Shown here: positions 40,270 through 50,865 of the stretch, piece after piece
Numbering within the stretch: position 1 is the stretch's first letter
Layout of the letters: every line of letters begins with the position of its first letter
Assembly (NCBI GenBank): GCA_963728565.1
Contig: CAVSLC010000013.1
Span: 192,001-256,000, forward strand
Source of the DNA: an uncultured delta proteobacterium
GTDB taxonomy: Bacteria; Desulfobacterota; Binatia; UBA9968
Length of the DNA stretch: 64,000 bases
Reading direction: 5' to 3'
Notes under the pieces: generated by a model
Told to the model about the DNA's origin: nothing
Seen by the model: the letters and a program-made list of their open reading frames with translations, nothing else
The model's database searches: none
Position numbers and translations under genes: made by a program

Positions 40270-41116
40270 CTCTGTTATCCATTTATCCAGGTTAGGACGA
40301 CACAACGCGCGCACCAAAGAAATTACCACAGCGGGGTTTTGTTTTCCACAAAGCCAAGCGTCGAGTTTCAAGTTGGCACTTCGCGGCCTCGGCGATTCAC
40401 CTAATTGGCTCTATCAAGCTCGCTAGTCGTTCGATTGAGACCGGCTAGACGACGCTCATCGACTCTGATCCAACTGCCGCTGTATGTATCTTATACTGCT
40501 GCCGCGTTCGAGCGCGAACTTGCGCGCGTGTAAATCATCACCAGATTTGCTCCCGACCAAGCGATACTCACAATTTGAATCCGTGCTCGGGTGCGGTTCG
40601 TTTCATATCCCTACCCACGCTGGGCTCGGACCTGCGAGCCTGGGAAAGCGGCCTCGCGAAATCCACAAAGAATCCACGACAGAACAGAGCGATCAAAAAA
40701 CTGCAAAAAGATAGGGCTCAAAAATCCTCACGCGATCGCTCTACCGCCTAACCCTACAAACGCCGCTCGTAAACGGCGGTAGAAAAGAGGCAATGTGTTC
40801 CAGCGATAATGGAGTAGGAGATGCCGCCTGCGCGGCGAAAACGGCTCCTTGATGGTTATGGGCGTGCAAATTCTTCCAGATGGTAATTGCCCTGATCTTC
40901 AAACTTCAGTGGGTTTTGATCAGAAGCATCGAGAGTGCCTGCCCCTTTACTGTTGTTCATCCAATTGATTTGGCTGGTACATTGTAACACCGACAAACGA
41001 ACCCGATGAGTAGGTGATGTTGATTTAACAGGCAAAGCTGCCGGCGATTCGCGGAGAAAACGCTCTCGTATTCGTTCCGAAAACTCTCCAAGTTATTGAC
41101 TGTCCGATGAGAGTGA

Positions 41117-41132
41117 GGGCACAACGATTGCT
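41117..41132 (+). promoter_or_regulatory. sigma54 promoter motif
   Basis: GGGCACAACGATTGCT (GGCAC-N5-TTGC), followed at the predicted +1 by a long hairpin. Confidence 0.55.
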
Positions 41133-41602
41133 CAAGCGCTGGTCGCCGGGGCGAAGAAGCGCAACTTGCTACTACACCATGGCTCTTCGTTCCCGGCGCC
41201 GCTGTTTAGAACTCGATCGCAATGAGATTGAAGCGCATGAATGAAGTTATAAGGGCAAAGGGAAAAACCTGCATATGGCAGTCTAGCAGCCTCCTAGTCG
41301 AGCTGAACAGCTATATTCGTTAGAAAAGCCCCCAGCTTAATCCTAATGGACATGACGATACCGGTGATAGACAGCCGATCGACGGCCAGCGCTTTGCGCC
41401 TCTGCAACGAAGGCCTCCAATTCTGACGATACCGGCCCGGCTCCTCTGAAGATCTCGAATCGCGTTGGACTCCGGCTATGATACTTAATGGTGCGGTTTG
41501 CTGTATAATCCTAAGCTTCTTAGAAGCACTCGCTAGGCGATGAAATGATGAGGGCAGCAGTTACCGCACCAAAAGAATACCGACTGAAAGGGGCTGAAGA
41601 CT

Positions 41603-41850
41603 ATGGGAAAGTACCTGGCCCGCGCTTGTCCGCGATGTAACGACTATCTTGGAATTGTGCTGCGCGCGCCCGAACGCATACGGGGCTCCGGGCCATATTC
41701 GGTCACTGCTTCGAATGCCATCATCGCTTGGCGTGGTTACTGATCCCAGGAAAAGCACTGTCCTCTTGCAACCTACCTAAGAGTAGTCGTCCATCGGTGT
41801 TGGCTCTCCGGCCGATGGCTAGCTCAGGTCCCACCACACGGGTCCGGTGA
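41603..41850 (+). CDS. small zinc-ribbon protein (CPRC...CFEC); 1-bp deletion near 41678
   Basis: AAAGGGG RBS; MGKYLARACPRCNDYLGIVLR then, shifted, AIFGHCFECHHRLAWLLIPG; absent from the ORF track. Confidence 0.55.
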
Positions 41851-41943
41851 CAGTTACGAGAGACACGCGACAAGCAAATCAGAACGAACGAAGAGCGGCC
41901 GGGCGGTTTGGGCGTAATTACGGGCACGAAAACTGCTGGGAAG

Positions 41944-42303
41944 CTAGATTAGCCGCTCAATTTTTCTACGTAGTTGTCCCACAGTAAATGGCTTGACGAT
42001 ATAGTCGTCGCATCCAGCTGTAATGCATCGCTGAAGGTCGGAAGGCCGAATCAAGACTGTTGCTGCAAGGACGGGGATATCCTTGGTTTGGGGATTGCCG
42101 CGCAGGATCCGAGTCGCCTCCCATCCAGAGATTTCGGGCATCATAATGTCCATCAGGATCAGATCGGGTTTCTCAGCCAGAGCCTTCTCGACACCTTCCC
42201 GACCATTTCTTGAGGTGATTGCGGTGAAGCCCATGAGATCAAGTATCCTTACAAGAATTTCACGCATGTCCGCGTGATTTTCGATGATTAAGATTTTCAT
42301 CAT
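41944..42303 (-). CDS. single-domain response regulator
   Basis: KILIIEN, PDLILMDIMMP, GCDDYIVKPF. Confidence 0.88.
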   Translation of the reverse strand: MMKILIIENHADMREILVRILDLMGFTAITSRNGREGVEKALAEKPDLILMDIMMPEISGWEATRILRGNPQTKDIPVLAATVLIRPSDLQRCITAGCDDYIVKPFTVGQLRRKIERLI

Positions 42304-42746
42304 CGCATTTAGACAAGATAATGGTCAGGTGGATGTTGCATTATGTTCAAGGTATATACACTGCATAACTTTGTCCTGCCTGTCGGAGTCAGTTACCGAT
42401 AACCTGCCTAAACAGTCCAGAATCGTTCCCATCTCCCATACCTCGAGCGAAGCGATCCAGTCACTCCCGAAATCATAGAACGCGATCTTTGCTGCCTCGG
42501 ATTAGAGTGATTTCTCAGCCTGATGTTTGCGAACGTTAGCAAAAAGCGAAGATTCAGTGAGGCTATCGTTCGTCAGCATCGTTCCAAAACCTTTGCGGTC
42601 GCTGATTTAACGTTCATCATTAAATGAAATGCCCGGCCGCCCCGGCAACCGTCAGTCAGATTGCTTCAGGCAGTTCATACCTGCGATTTTGTCGCGTATC
42701 CCTACCACGTTTTCGCAGCGTAGCCAAATCAAGACATCCCTTACCA

Positions 42747-42762
42747 TGGCATCTTCGTTGCC
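42747..42762 (+). promoter_or_regulatory. sigma54 promoter motif upstream of the 26-aa peptide gene
   Basis: TGGCATCTTCGTTGCC (GG-N10-GC), about 60 bp before ATG 42821. Confidence 0.5.
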
Positions 42763-42820
42763 CGGTGATGTTAATGCGAACGATCACATGCAAGCGTCAC
42801 CGGTTGTCTGAAGAATCGAT

Positions 42821-42901
42821 ATGAATGAAAATTTGTTTGAAGCAGTTTTGATTGTTGCACTGGTAGTCCTCACCCTGCTGTTCCTGAAATTCGCTTCGTA
42901 A
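42821..42901 (+). CDS. putative 26-aa membrane peptide (paralog of 20681-20761)
   Basis: MNENLFEAVLIVALVVLTLLFLKFAS; 9/26 identities to the other copy without gaps. Confidence 0.6.
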   Translation: MNENLFEAVLIVALVVLTLLFLKFAS

Positions 42902-43427
42902 AATTCCTGCCAGGGATAACTTGCGCACCCGCTGCTGCATGAAATTTATCCGATTTGTCTCTCCCGGTAATGTGCCAACCGAGAGAGCACCATCCACCAC
43001 ACAGCAAGGCAATCAGTGGACCGCCTAGCGTTTGTACACTTTCGATATCCTTTATGAATCGATCTTCATTGGGTGGGGATTACACTTGCCAGCCGAGGCA
43101 CACGGCTTTGATATTAGCTGAGCACGAGCAAGTTTCAGGGAGTAATCCGTTCATGCTCGCAAGGAAACGACTCTCCCCGTCTCCTTGGTTGTAGTTTCCG
43201 TTCTCTGTTGCTCATTCATATCAAATTCCAGCACAATAATTCGGCTGAATACGCTGTCCACATGGAACTACAGAGGCTGTTATGGATTGAAAGCTTGGCA
43301 AAAACAATCAGGCGACCTGAGCCCGTAAACAGCTACCCGGGACTGCTCCGGGCATTTTCTACCTACATTTCTGTCGCGTTTTGCTCCCGTCTTTTCATAC
43401 CGCGGCAAAGCATGGATTACGCTCCAC

Positions 43428-43443
43428 TGGCGTTTGGATTGCA
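43428..43443 (+). promoter_or_regulatory. sigma54 promoter of the Flp pilin gene
   Basis: TGGCGTTTGGATTGCA (GG-N10-GC), 36 bp upstream of the ATG. Confidence 0.6.
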
Positions 43444-43479
43444 GTAAGTCTTAATTGTCGGCGAAAAGAAGGAGAGCAC

Positions 43480-43668
43480 ATGCACTATTTCATAACAAAA
43501 CTACAGAGCGAGCGCGGTCAGGGGTTGATGGAATATACGTTAATCGTGTTTCTCGTTACTTTGGTTTTTTGGGGCGGAATGAGGGCCACTAACATAGGCG
43601 ATGAACTAGCGGGGAGCTGGAGTAAAGTCATTGAATGTGTAAGCGCTCCGTTCTCCTGTGGGTCCTAA
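43480..43668 (+). CDS. Flp/Fap family (Tad) pilin
   Basis: 62 aa; ERG|QGLMEY prepilin cleavage and Flp EY motif followed by a hydrophobic helix; AAGGAG RBS. Confidence 0.8.
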   Translation: MHYFITKLQSERGQGLMEYTLIVFLVTLVFWGGMRATNIGDELAGSWSKVIECVSAPFSCGS

Positions 43669-43704
43669 CCTCGGACGATCTAACGTTTTCGACCACGTAA
43701 TCTC

Positions 43705-44271
43705 ATGTCACAGCCGCCGATTTGTTACGAGCACATCCTTCGAGCTATCGGACAGGGGCTTGAGTCGCTATCGTTGCAAGCGTTCGATTTGGAAGTAACT
43801 GGAGATACTTTTTCAATCCGAGGGATTCCGACCGGACAAGAATCTGAGAAGTTACCCTTCACAAAGCTTCAAGCGTTCAAGAAGACCTTCCTCGACATCT
43901 GCAACACATCGAAAACACCCCGGCGAACCGCAACTCCTACCGTAAAAGTCCCCGGCCCTTCTCGCCTGCTGCGGCTGGATTTTACCCAAGCCGACATCGA
44001 TAAACTCGAACGAGAGGGGCAGGCGCTTCGATCAGATTGGGAGCGCAGCCCGCTATCACATAGCTTGCCACAGATCTTACGAACTGTCGGTTGGTATGTA
44101 GACCACAAGAAGGGCCAGATACATAAAATCTCACGGAATAATGACACACTGACCGTGTCTTATACCGGATTGTTCGGTACACAGAAACTCGAAACGCTTA
44201 CACTGGTGGAAATATACGACATGTGGGTTCATCTCTATAAGCAACGAAAAGAACATTTTCAGATAGGCTGA
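43705..44271 (+). CDS. hypothetical protein
   Basis: 188-aa ORF with an internal semi-repeat (YEHILRAIGQGLE / LPQILRTVGWYVD); family not recognised. Confidence 0.65.
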   Translation: MSQPPICYEHILRAIGQGLESLSLQAFDLEVTGDTFSIRGIPTGQESEKLPFTKLQAFKKTFLDICNTSKTPRRTATPTVKVPGPSRLLRLDFTQADIDKLEREGQALRSDWERSPLSHSLPQILRTVGWYVDHKKGQIHKISRNNDTLTVSYTGLFGTQKLETLTLVEIYDMWVHLYKQRKEHFQIG

Positions 44272-44333
44272 GAACCTCGACTCAATTCACGGCGAATCTT
44301 CTACTACAATCGACGAGCTTGCACGATACGCTG

Positions 44334-44367
44334 GCCCACTTGACTGCGAATCAAGTGGGCTCATTTT
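44334..44367 (+). terminator. intrinsic terminator
   Basis: GCCCACTTGA-N7-TCAAGTGGGC 10-bp stem followed by TCATTTT. Confidence 0.55.
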
Positions 44368-44399
44368 AACTACACGTCATTGGGGTTTTTTCACGGGCC

Positions 44400-45006
44400 G
44401 TGCTCGTCTTGTGCGTAAGAAGATCACTGCCGGAATATCAAGAGAAGAACTATTGCCAGGCAAATACAAGAATCAGGAATGGGAGAAAAGACGACGCGAT
44501 TTCACTCTGGTTGAAAAACTAGCGAGAAAACACGCGGCGATTTGGAATTTATAGAAGAGTATGTGCTTGACCGAATTTACGAAACAAGGAGATCTCCACA
44601 GAAGACCAGGATTAGGACCAAGTGACAATTATCCCACTATCCATTCTGCCAAAGGTACCGAACGGAAAGTTGTTATGTCTTAAATGTCTTGCCACAGGCT
44701 ATGCTTCGAGCTACGCAACTTGACATGTCAATCGAACCGAGGAGGAGCGAAGGGTTTTAAATGTTGCTCTTACCCGTGCGAAGCATGATTTGATCATAAC
44801 GCACCATACTCCGACCGGAAGCGGAGGTTTTGCTTTATGGGCGCATTCAGAAATCGCCGCAGAACGAGCCCGGCGAGACCTATTTTCTCAACTCACTTCC
44901 GTCAAGTTTGATGGATGAGTATGTTCCTTACCAGTCACCGCCGCCCCTCTCATATTACCCCGGTAAGGCCCATGGAGGCCTCCAGGTCGGCATAAGAATA
45001 GATTGA
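44400..45006 (+). pseudogene. UvrD/Rep-family helicase C-terminal relic
   Basis: Motif V TIHSAKGTE (~44636) and motif VI EERRVLNVALTRAK (~44742) recognisable amid frameshifts; boundaries approximate. Confidence 0.7.
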
Positions 45007-45251
45007 TTCATGGATTCTCAGGGCGGCTTATTAGCGGTTGGACCAGTAACAAAGCTTAGCGCGAAAATTGCCCCTAGAACATCACTGATCTTGGGGCCCG
45101 AATGGATACTGCGATGAGCAGTTTTTTTGATCAAACTATAACTACGCGGGAAAGTTCAATGTCACCTAACAAAGCCGACCAGCGACGCTGTCAAGACTGA
45201 CTCCACCCAAGGTGTCAATGGCATATCAAAGCTGAGATATGCGGAATTACC

Positions 45252-46595
45252 CTAATTCCTGTTGGACGATGAAAGGGCCGTGGTCAGAGTTCGAATGGAA
45301 TCTAGTTCTTGGAGCCCCTGTACAGATCCTATAACCCTACGTTGTTGATTATCAGCGAGAAGCTTCTCAACGGACCTTTTGAACTTCGCCACTGTCTCGT
45401 CCCAGCCTTTTAGATCGCTAGGTGCTGCAATGGACTCTGCTAATCGTTCGCCGCTTTTAAGCACAATCGTCAGCAAAGAAGAATCCGGCAAATGCCGAGT
45501 CGAGTTCATTAGCTCTTGGATCTGCGGGTCTTTCACCCGTTCATCGGTAAAGTCATTCGGTAGAAGTCGACCGTAGGCAAGAATGTGGGCCAAACAAAAC
45601 GGCATACTGAAGCGCCCTTCGAATCCCCGTTGTGGTTTCTGACGCACCAGCGGATACGGTTTAAGATCGGTTTCAATAAGGTCTACATCAGCTGGCTGAA
45701 GCGAATGCTTTGCAGTCAATCTGAGCATCGCTTCAACCGCTGCGTGGCTTGCAGTGCATGATGCGAACGGCTTGATCCTGATCTCGCGCTGGAGCTCGAA
45801 CTCGACGCCTAATTCCGTTCCGAGGCTCATCAATACCTCTTCCGGAACAGGCCCAAGCGCTTCCAGCAGACCGTAGCGTCCTTCTAAAGCAGTGTCATCG
45901 GACGTGAACCCTTCCTTTGCGAGGAGCGCGCAAGTAATTCCGGTCGCGGCAGCATGACCAACTCGAAACGGCTTAGCCATGGTGCCACCATCCCTCGTGA
46001 GGGCGCCACACGACCCAGCCGCTAAACCAATAGCTGCCGAAGTTTGACCGACGTCCAATCCCAGGACTTTACTCGCGGCACAACCAGAGGCGATAGGCCC
46101 CAAGATTCCATTCGAATGCCAGCCCTTAGCACCTGGACCTATGCCGCTCGATCGCTTGGAAAACAACGTGTCGAGTGCTGCGCGGACTTCACGACCAACT
46201 ATAAAGGCTTCGAGTGACTTAGAGCCAGTATTATTGGAACTCTCAGCTGCAGCAATTGAGGCGGCCAGTGAATACGTTGAAGCGTGGTTTCTATCGTCAT
46301 AATCTAAGCCGTGTGCAAGGGTTCCGTTCAACAATGCCGCATCACGCGCACTTGAAACGAGCGAAGTACCCCAGATTACACAAGACCCGGGTGCAGCGTT
46401 TTTCCCGGCAAAACGCACTAGTTTTTCACCTACCTCCTGTGACGCAGCCAAAACCGCTACACCGAAGCAATCTAAAATCGCAATTTTTGCATTATCAAGC
46501 GCCCTCTGCGGGATCTTATCGAGACTGAGGTTCACTGTGAACTCAGCCAGCTTAAGCGATAACCCGGCGAGCATCTGATTACTTTGTTGTTCCAT
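45252..46595 (-). CDS. MmgE/PrpD family protein
   Basis: ILDCFGV, NGTLAHGLDYDD, MAKPFRVGHAA, IKPFASC, GRFSMPF. Confidence 0.9.
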   Translation of the reverse strand: MEQQSNQMLAGLSLKLAEFTVNLSLDKIPQRALDNAKIAILDCFGVAVLAASQEVGEKLVRFAGKNAAPGSCVIWGTSLVSSARDAALLNGTLAHGLDYDDRNHASTYSLAASIAAAESSNNTGSKSLEAFIVGREVRAALDTLFSKRSSGIGPGAKGWHSNGILGPIASGCAASKVLGLDVGQTSAAIGLAAGSCGALTRDGGTMAKPFRVGHAAATGITCALLAKEGFTSDDTALEGRYGLLEALGPVPEEVLMSLGTELGVEFELQREIRIKPFASCTASHAAVEAMLRLTAKHSLQPADVDLIETDLKPYPLVRQKPQRGFEGRFSMPFCLAHILAYGRLLPNDFTDERVKDPQIQELMNSTRHLPDSSLLTIVLKSGERLAESIAAPSDLKGWDETVAKFKRSVEKLLADNQQRRVIGSVQGLQELDSIRTLTTALSSSNRN

Positions 46596-46658
46596 ATTGG
46601 ACTTCCACTGAATTGGATTTACACTGACCGCGAAGATCCCTTTGTGACGCACTCTTAC

Positions 46659-47714
46659 CTAGGTCGGCCCTAAGAGCTTTTTTAGCCGCACCTTTGCTTC
46701 TTCCGAAATGTCCAGGATCTGCTTGACTGTTCGTTGCACCTTATCGCCAGGGAGCGGTTCGTCGTCAGTAAATCCCGCTTTCTTTGAATCAGCAATATAC
46801 TCAGGATCGTGAACGGTGTCCCAAAAGCTTTTGCGCAATATTTTGGTGATATGATCTGGAAGGCCCGGGGGCCCCAGCATGGGGTAGGCGTTCTCATACG
46901 TGAAACTGATGCTTTCGGCCACCGCGCGCCATGAGGCATCTGGGGCAAGCTCAACCAATGTAGGTACATCGGGCAATTCACGGATGCGCTTTTCGGCTAT
47001 TTGAACGATCACGGCGGCAAACGGCTTGCTGCTTCCTAGTTCTTTGAACCAGTTGGCGTGTCTTGCTCTGGCGGAACTCCAGATAAGACCGCATCTCATA
47101 TCCGCTTCGCCCCGTTCTATCGCGAGATCTATAGCCGACCCGCCGGCATAGCCCGCCACCACGTCTAGATTCAGGCCGGTAAATTCTTTAACCAATAACG
47201 CTGCGACCGCCCCAATACTTGAGCCTCCGGACTCTGCGTTGCGCAGCGGCGCTTTAGCCGAGCGTTTGACGGCTTCCTGAAGAGTAGTGCCAGCTCGGTC
47301 GATCCTGACCGCGCAAATCGCATCTCCGGTTGTCAGATTTCCGATCCAGTTGAACCTATCTGCTTTGTACTTAACTCCAGGATCTCCAATCGCTTCCTGA
47401 AGCTCAGTACCCCTGACTATCTGTGCAATGGTTAACCCGTCAGGCTTAACCAGGTTGTAGAGGTGGTTCCTCGCCCTGAGACCCCCAGCGCCGGGCATGT
47501 TCTCAACGATCACGTTCGGTGTTCCGGGCAAATACTTCGGTGCATGCCTCGCAAAGATTCTTGTCTTGAGATCATTACCGGCGCCGGGGCCCGAGCCAAC
47601 GAGGATTTGCAGGGTTTTACCCTTATAGAAGGCGTCTGTCTGGGCAAAAACTGAATCAGCGCTAATAAGAGCTCCGACGAGTAATGCAGTAAAGATGCTT
47701 CTAAACCGTTTCAT
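46659..47714 (-). CDS. Bug/TctC tripartite tricarboxylate transporter substrate-binding protein
   Basis: FYKGKT, VENMPGAGG, KPDGLT, GYAG, LAIERGE, PDVPT. Confidence 0.88.
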   Translation of the reverse strand: MKRFRSIFTALLVGALISADSVFAQTDAFYKGKTLQILVGSGPGAGNDLKTRIFARHAPKYLPGTPNVIVENMPGAGGLRARNHLYNLVKPDGLTIAQIVRGTELQEAIGDPGVKYKADRFNWIGNLTTGDAICAVRIDRAGTTLQEAVKRSAKAPLRNAESGGSSIGAVAALLVKEFTGLNLDVVAGYAGGSAIDLAIERGEADMRCGLIWSSARARHANWFKELGSSKPFAAVIVQIAEKRIRELPDVPTLVELAPDASWRAVAESISFTYENAYPMLGPPGLPDHITKILRKSFWDTVHDPEYIADSKKAGFTDDEPLPGDKVQRTVKQILDISEEAKVRLKKLLGPT

Positions 47715-47736
47715 AGCGCGTTCCGAAGACTACGAG

Positions 47737-48882
47737 TTATTCGACGCCGTAAAACTTTGCAGCGTTTTTCCAGGTGAGTTTTTCTTTCATCTCCTGTGAT
47801 ACACCCCGTAACTGAGCTTTGATGATGTCTTTGGAGTGCGGCCAAGTCGCACCTCCATGAGGATAGTCACTAGCCCACATTACGTTTTCGACAAGATTGA
47901 GAGCCTCCGAACCGAGAACGCCTACTCGGTCATCCTGAAAGGTTATATAAACCTGTCTTCTAATGGATTCGCTTGGTAACGCCTCAATGGTTGGCGACTC
48001 GGGAGCCTCTGAGCGTGCTCTGGTTACCGAACCATCCATTTTCGTAAAAAACGGAAAGAGCCAAGACAGTTCGTACTCAGCGAAAACGAATCGAAGCTTT
48101 GGAAACCTGTTTAATACTCCGCCAAAGACCAAGTCAGTGAGCAATGCCAGTGGCTCGAGTATTCCACGCCTTACTGCGTTTCGTCCCTGCTGAAGTTTGG
48201 TGATAACTTTCAGACGAGCGGCCATTCTATCCCTGCCCTGCAAAATGTTGACGTGAAAGTGAACTGGGGTATTCAAGTCCTGTGCAGCTGCCCATAAAGG
48301 ATCAAATTCAGGATCCGAATAACTCATCCCATCCGGGAGACCTGACGGTAGCACAACACCTTTGTGCCCGAGCTTCAGGCAACGTTTCATCTCGTCGATA
48401 GACCATTGGATGTCGAGAGCAGACAAAAGCCCCAGACCGATAAGCCTATCCGGGGCCGCCAAGCAATAGTCGCGCATCCACTCGTTGTAGGAGCGAAGCC
48501 CCGCTTGCTGAAGCGGCACCTCATCGCCCTTTAAGCTGTAGAAATTCCGGGCCATGCTCGGATAAAGGACCTCGATTCTGACTCCGTCGAGGTCCATATC
48601 GCTTAATCTCGCTAATGGGTCCCAAGGTCCGCGCCAATCCTCCCATTTAAAATTCTCGATCATTTTACGAACGCCGCCGGCTTCTTTCTGAACGCCCGCT
48701 GTAAATGTCATGCCCACCGGATCGGGCTCATGGCCATCGAAAACCATATACAGGCCTTTTCGGCCTGCTGGATCCTGAACGAAATGTGGGCCGTGTGTTC
48801 GCAGCTGTTTTGGAATACGTTCCCACGCCTCTGGCGGTTCATTGACGTGCGAGTCCGCCGAGAAGTATGTGATCTCATTCAT
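47737..48882 (-). CDS. amidohydrolase family (Amidohydro_2) protein
   Basis: SADSHVNEP, DMDLDGV, YNEW, MWASDYPH, NAAKFY. Confidence 0.9.
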   Translation of the reverse strand: MNEITYFSADSHVNEPPEAWERIPKQLRTHGPHFVQDPAGRKGLYMVFDGHEPDPVGMTFTAGVQKEAGGVRKMIENFKWEDWRGPWDPLARLSDMDLDGVRIEVLYPSMARNFYSLKGDEVPLQQAGLRSYNEWMRDYCLAAPDRLIGLGLLSALDIQWSIDEMKRCLKLGHKGVVLPSGLPDGMSYSDPEFDPLWAAAQDLNTPVHFHVNILQGRDRMAARLKVITKLQQGRNAVRRGILEPLALLTDLVFGGVLNRFPKLRFVFAEYELSWLFPFFTKMDGSVTRARSEAPESPTIEALPSESIRRQVYITFQDDRVGVLGSEALNLVENVMWASDYPHGGATWPHSKDIIKAQLRGVSQEMKEKLTWKNAAKFYGVE

Positions 48883-48946
48883 GGTGATGCCTCCTTACTG
48901 CTTGATGACAATTAAACAGATCTTTAAGCCTCGGCAGATAACTGCT

Positions 48947-48992
48947 TGCAAATATTTTTTCAGAGCGGTATCAAAATGAAAATTTGCTGTCA
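48947..48992. promoter_or_regulatory. candidate RpiR operator pair
   Basis: Two imperfect 16-bp palindromes, TGCAAATATTTTTTCA and TGAAAATTTGCTGTCA, 30 bp apart in the divergent intergenic region. Confidence 0.4.
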
Positions 48993-49024
48993 AGCCATAA
49001 TTGAGCGACTAGCGTCTAATCGCA

Positions 49025-49889
49025 ATGCGAAAAAGCTACTTGGATCTGATCGACAAAATTCAGGACCGTTATACCAGCCTCAGCAAGAACCACCGCAAGG
49101 TGGCCGACTATATTGCAACCGATGGCATGGCAGCATCCTTTGATTCCATCACCGAGTTATCGCAGAAAGTAGGCGTCAGTGAAGCATCACTGGTGAGGTT
49201 TGCCAAAAAGTTGGGCTATAAGGGCTACCCCAGTCTCCGCAAGGAGCTTCAAGCCGAATACAAAAAGACCTCCGGGACTGCCTCTAGACTACGGGATGCA
49301 GTCACAAGCGTCGGCGAGCGAAGCTTTCCCGAATCAATGTTTCAACATGACATAGACTTGATCAAGGAGACGCAATTTGAGCTTAACGAAGGCCTCAGTT
49401 ACTCAAGCGGTCAGAATGATTGTCGGTGCCAAAAAGATCTTTATCATCGGTTTTCGCGCGGCTTTCGCATTAGCCTACTTTTTACAGTTCCGCTTGCTAC
49501 GTATTGGTTTGGATGCTCGCCTGATTACAGTTACAGGCGGCACATCTCTTGTCGAGCACTTGGCGCAGCTTAGGAAAGGCGACCTTGTCATAGCTTTGGG
49601 TTTTGACGAGACGCCAAAAGAAACAAGGATCACGATTGATTTCGCCATACAGCAGCAGATTCCGGTGTTAGGCATAAGTCACACGCCGACTTCCGAGATC
49701 GCCCGGTCATCGACGCTCTGCCTACTAGGGCGCCGCCAGCCACATAAAACTCAGTCTCTCGCCGCTTCGATGTCACTGCTGAACGTCCTGGCAATTGCTG
49801 TGGCGGCTCGGAACAAACGCCAAGCTCTTCGTCAGCTACAAAGGCTAGATACAATTGAGCAGCAGTATTTGAAGGAAGCAAAAACGTAG
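49025..49889 (+). CDS. MurR/RpiR family transcriptional regulator; frameshift near 49388
   Basis: HTH VSEASLVRFAKKLGYKGY in the first frame and a SIS domain (IFIIGFR, GDLVIA) in the second. Confidence 0.85.
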
Positions 49890-50394
49890 AAAATCTGTTC
49901 ACACGAGAACCGCCCGCTCGCCTCAGCCACCGCCTCGCCATCACTGCGCCCAAGGCCGTCACGATTAGAATAGGCACCAATCAAACGAGCCCCAATTCAC
50001 GGAGCAGGTAACCCTCAGTAAAGCCGATGACATTAAAAGGCGAGCACAACAGCGTTAGCTTTAGCTGGTGTGACAAGCCTAAGTAGCTCGTTTGTATTTC
50101 CGAGCTTGGATCTGGGCTTTCATCAACGATATTCAGCTTTCGACGTGAGAGTACACGCCGAGATGATTTGGGGTTGGCACCGTCACGTCCGATGAGCTTT
50201 TGACTCCCCCTACTTCTCCGACTTCTTTTTCGTTTTCTTGAGATATTCCTGAACAAGAGTGTGAATGAGATCGCTTGCCGGTGCGATTGGCTCACCTGCC
50301 TCTTCTTTTTAACGTGGTCTTGAAGCTGCTCCCAGAGATTCGGCTTTCAAGTCCAATTCCTAGGAGGACCCGGGAAATTCCAGAAGGCTCTTCC

Positions 50395-50568
50395 TGCTTC
50401 TCTTCTCAACAGGCGGTGAACGTGGCGCGGGCAATCAACGAAACACTTGACGCCGACAAGGAACATTTAGTGCTCTTAGTTCTAAACAACAAGAGTCGCG
50501 CAAATGGCTTCAAATTTTTTCGACCGGAACGCTCGACGCCTCATTGGTTCATCGTAGATGCGGCGTAA
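50395..50568 (+). pseudogene. RadC/JAB-domain relic
   Basis: DADKEHLVLLVLNNKSRANGF resembles the start of the RadC JAB domain; then degenerates. Confidence 0.5.
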
Positions 50569-50689
50569 TGATGTTCGGTAGCTATTCTGGAAGCGCTTTG
50601 TAATAGTCTTTTTTAGTTTCCGGTGGCCCCTTGGGTTGTGCCGCTGATTGTGTGCATCGACCTGCGCACCGTGTTCGTACTCACCGGCT

Positions 50690-50865
50690 TCTCTATGAAG
50701 TCCCAATGATCGCCGTAGCTTCTTATATCGTTCTAGAAAAAATCTGTTATTTGGATCGGCATCTATGGCGCGCCGAAAATACTCCTCGGCTCTAATATCT
50801 TTCCGGACCTTTTCAAGAAAAGGCGTAGTTGACGAGAGCGTCTTCGTTATTTGGATCGGCACCCA
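50690..50865 (-). pseudogene. TPR protein C-terminal relic
   Basis: ADPNNEDALVNYA/FLEKVRKD..RAEEYFRRAIDADPNN; 16-bp direct repeat GTTATTTGGATCGGCA at 50746 and 50846 marks the repeat unit. Confidence 0.55.

Noticed and set aside
50746-50861. 16-bp direct repeat as an att site or CRISPR remnant
   Set aside because: Both copies encode ADPNN at about one TPR-unit spacing, so it is a protein repeat; only two copies and no cas genes.
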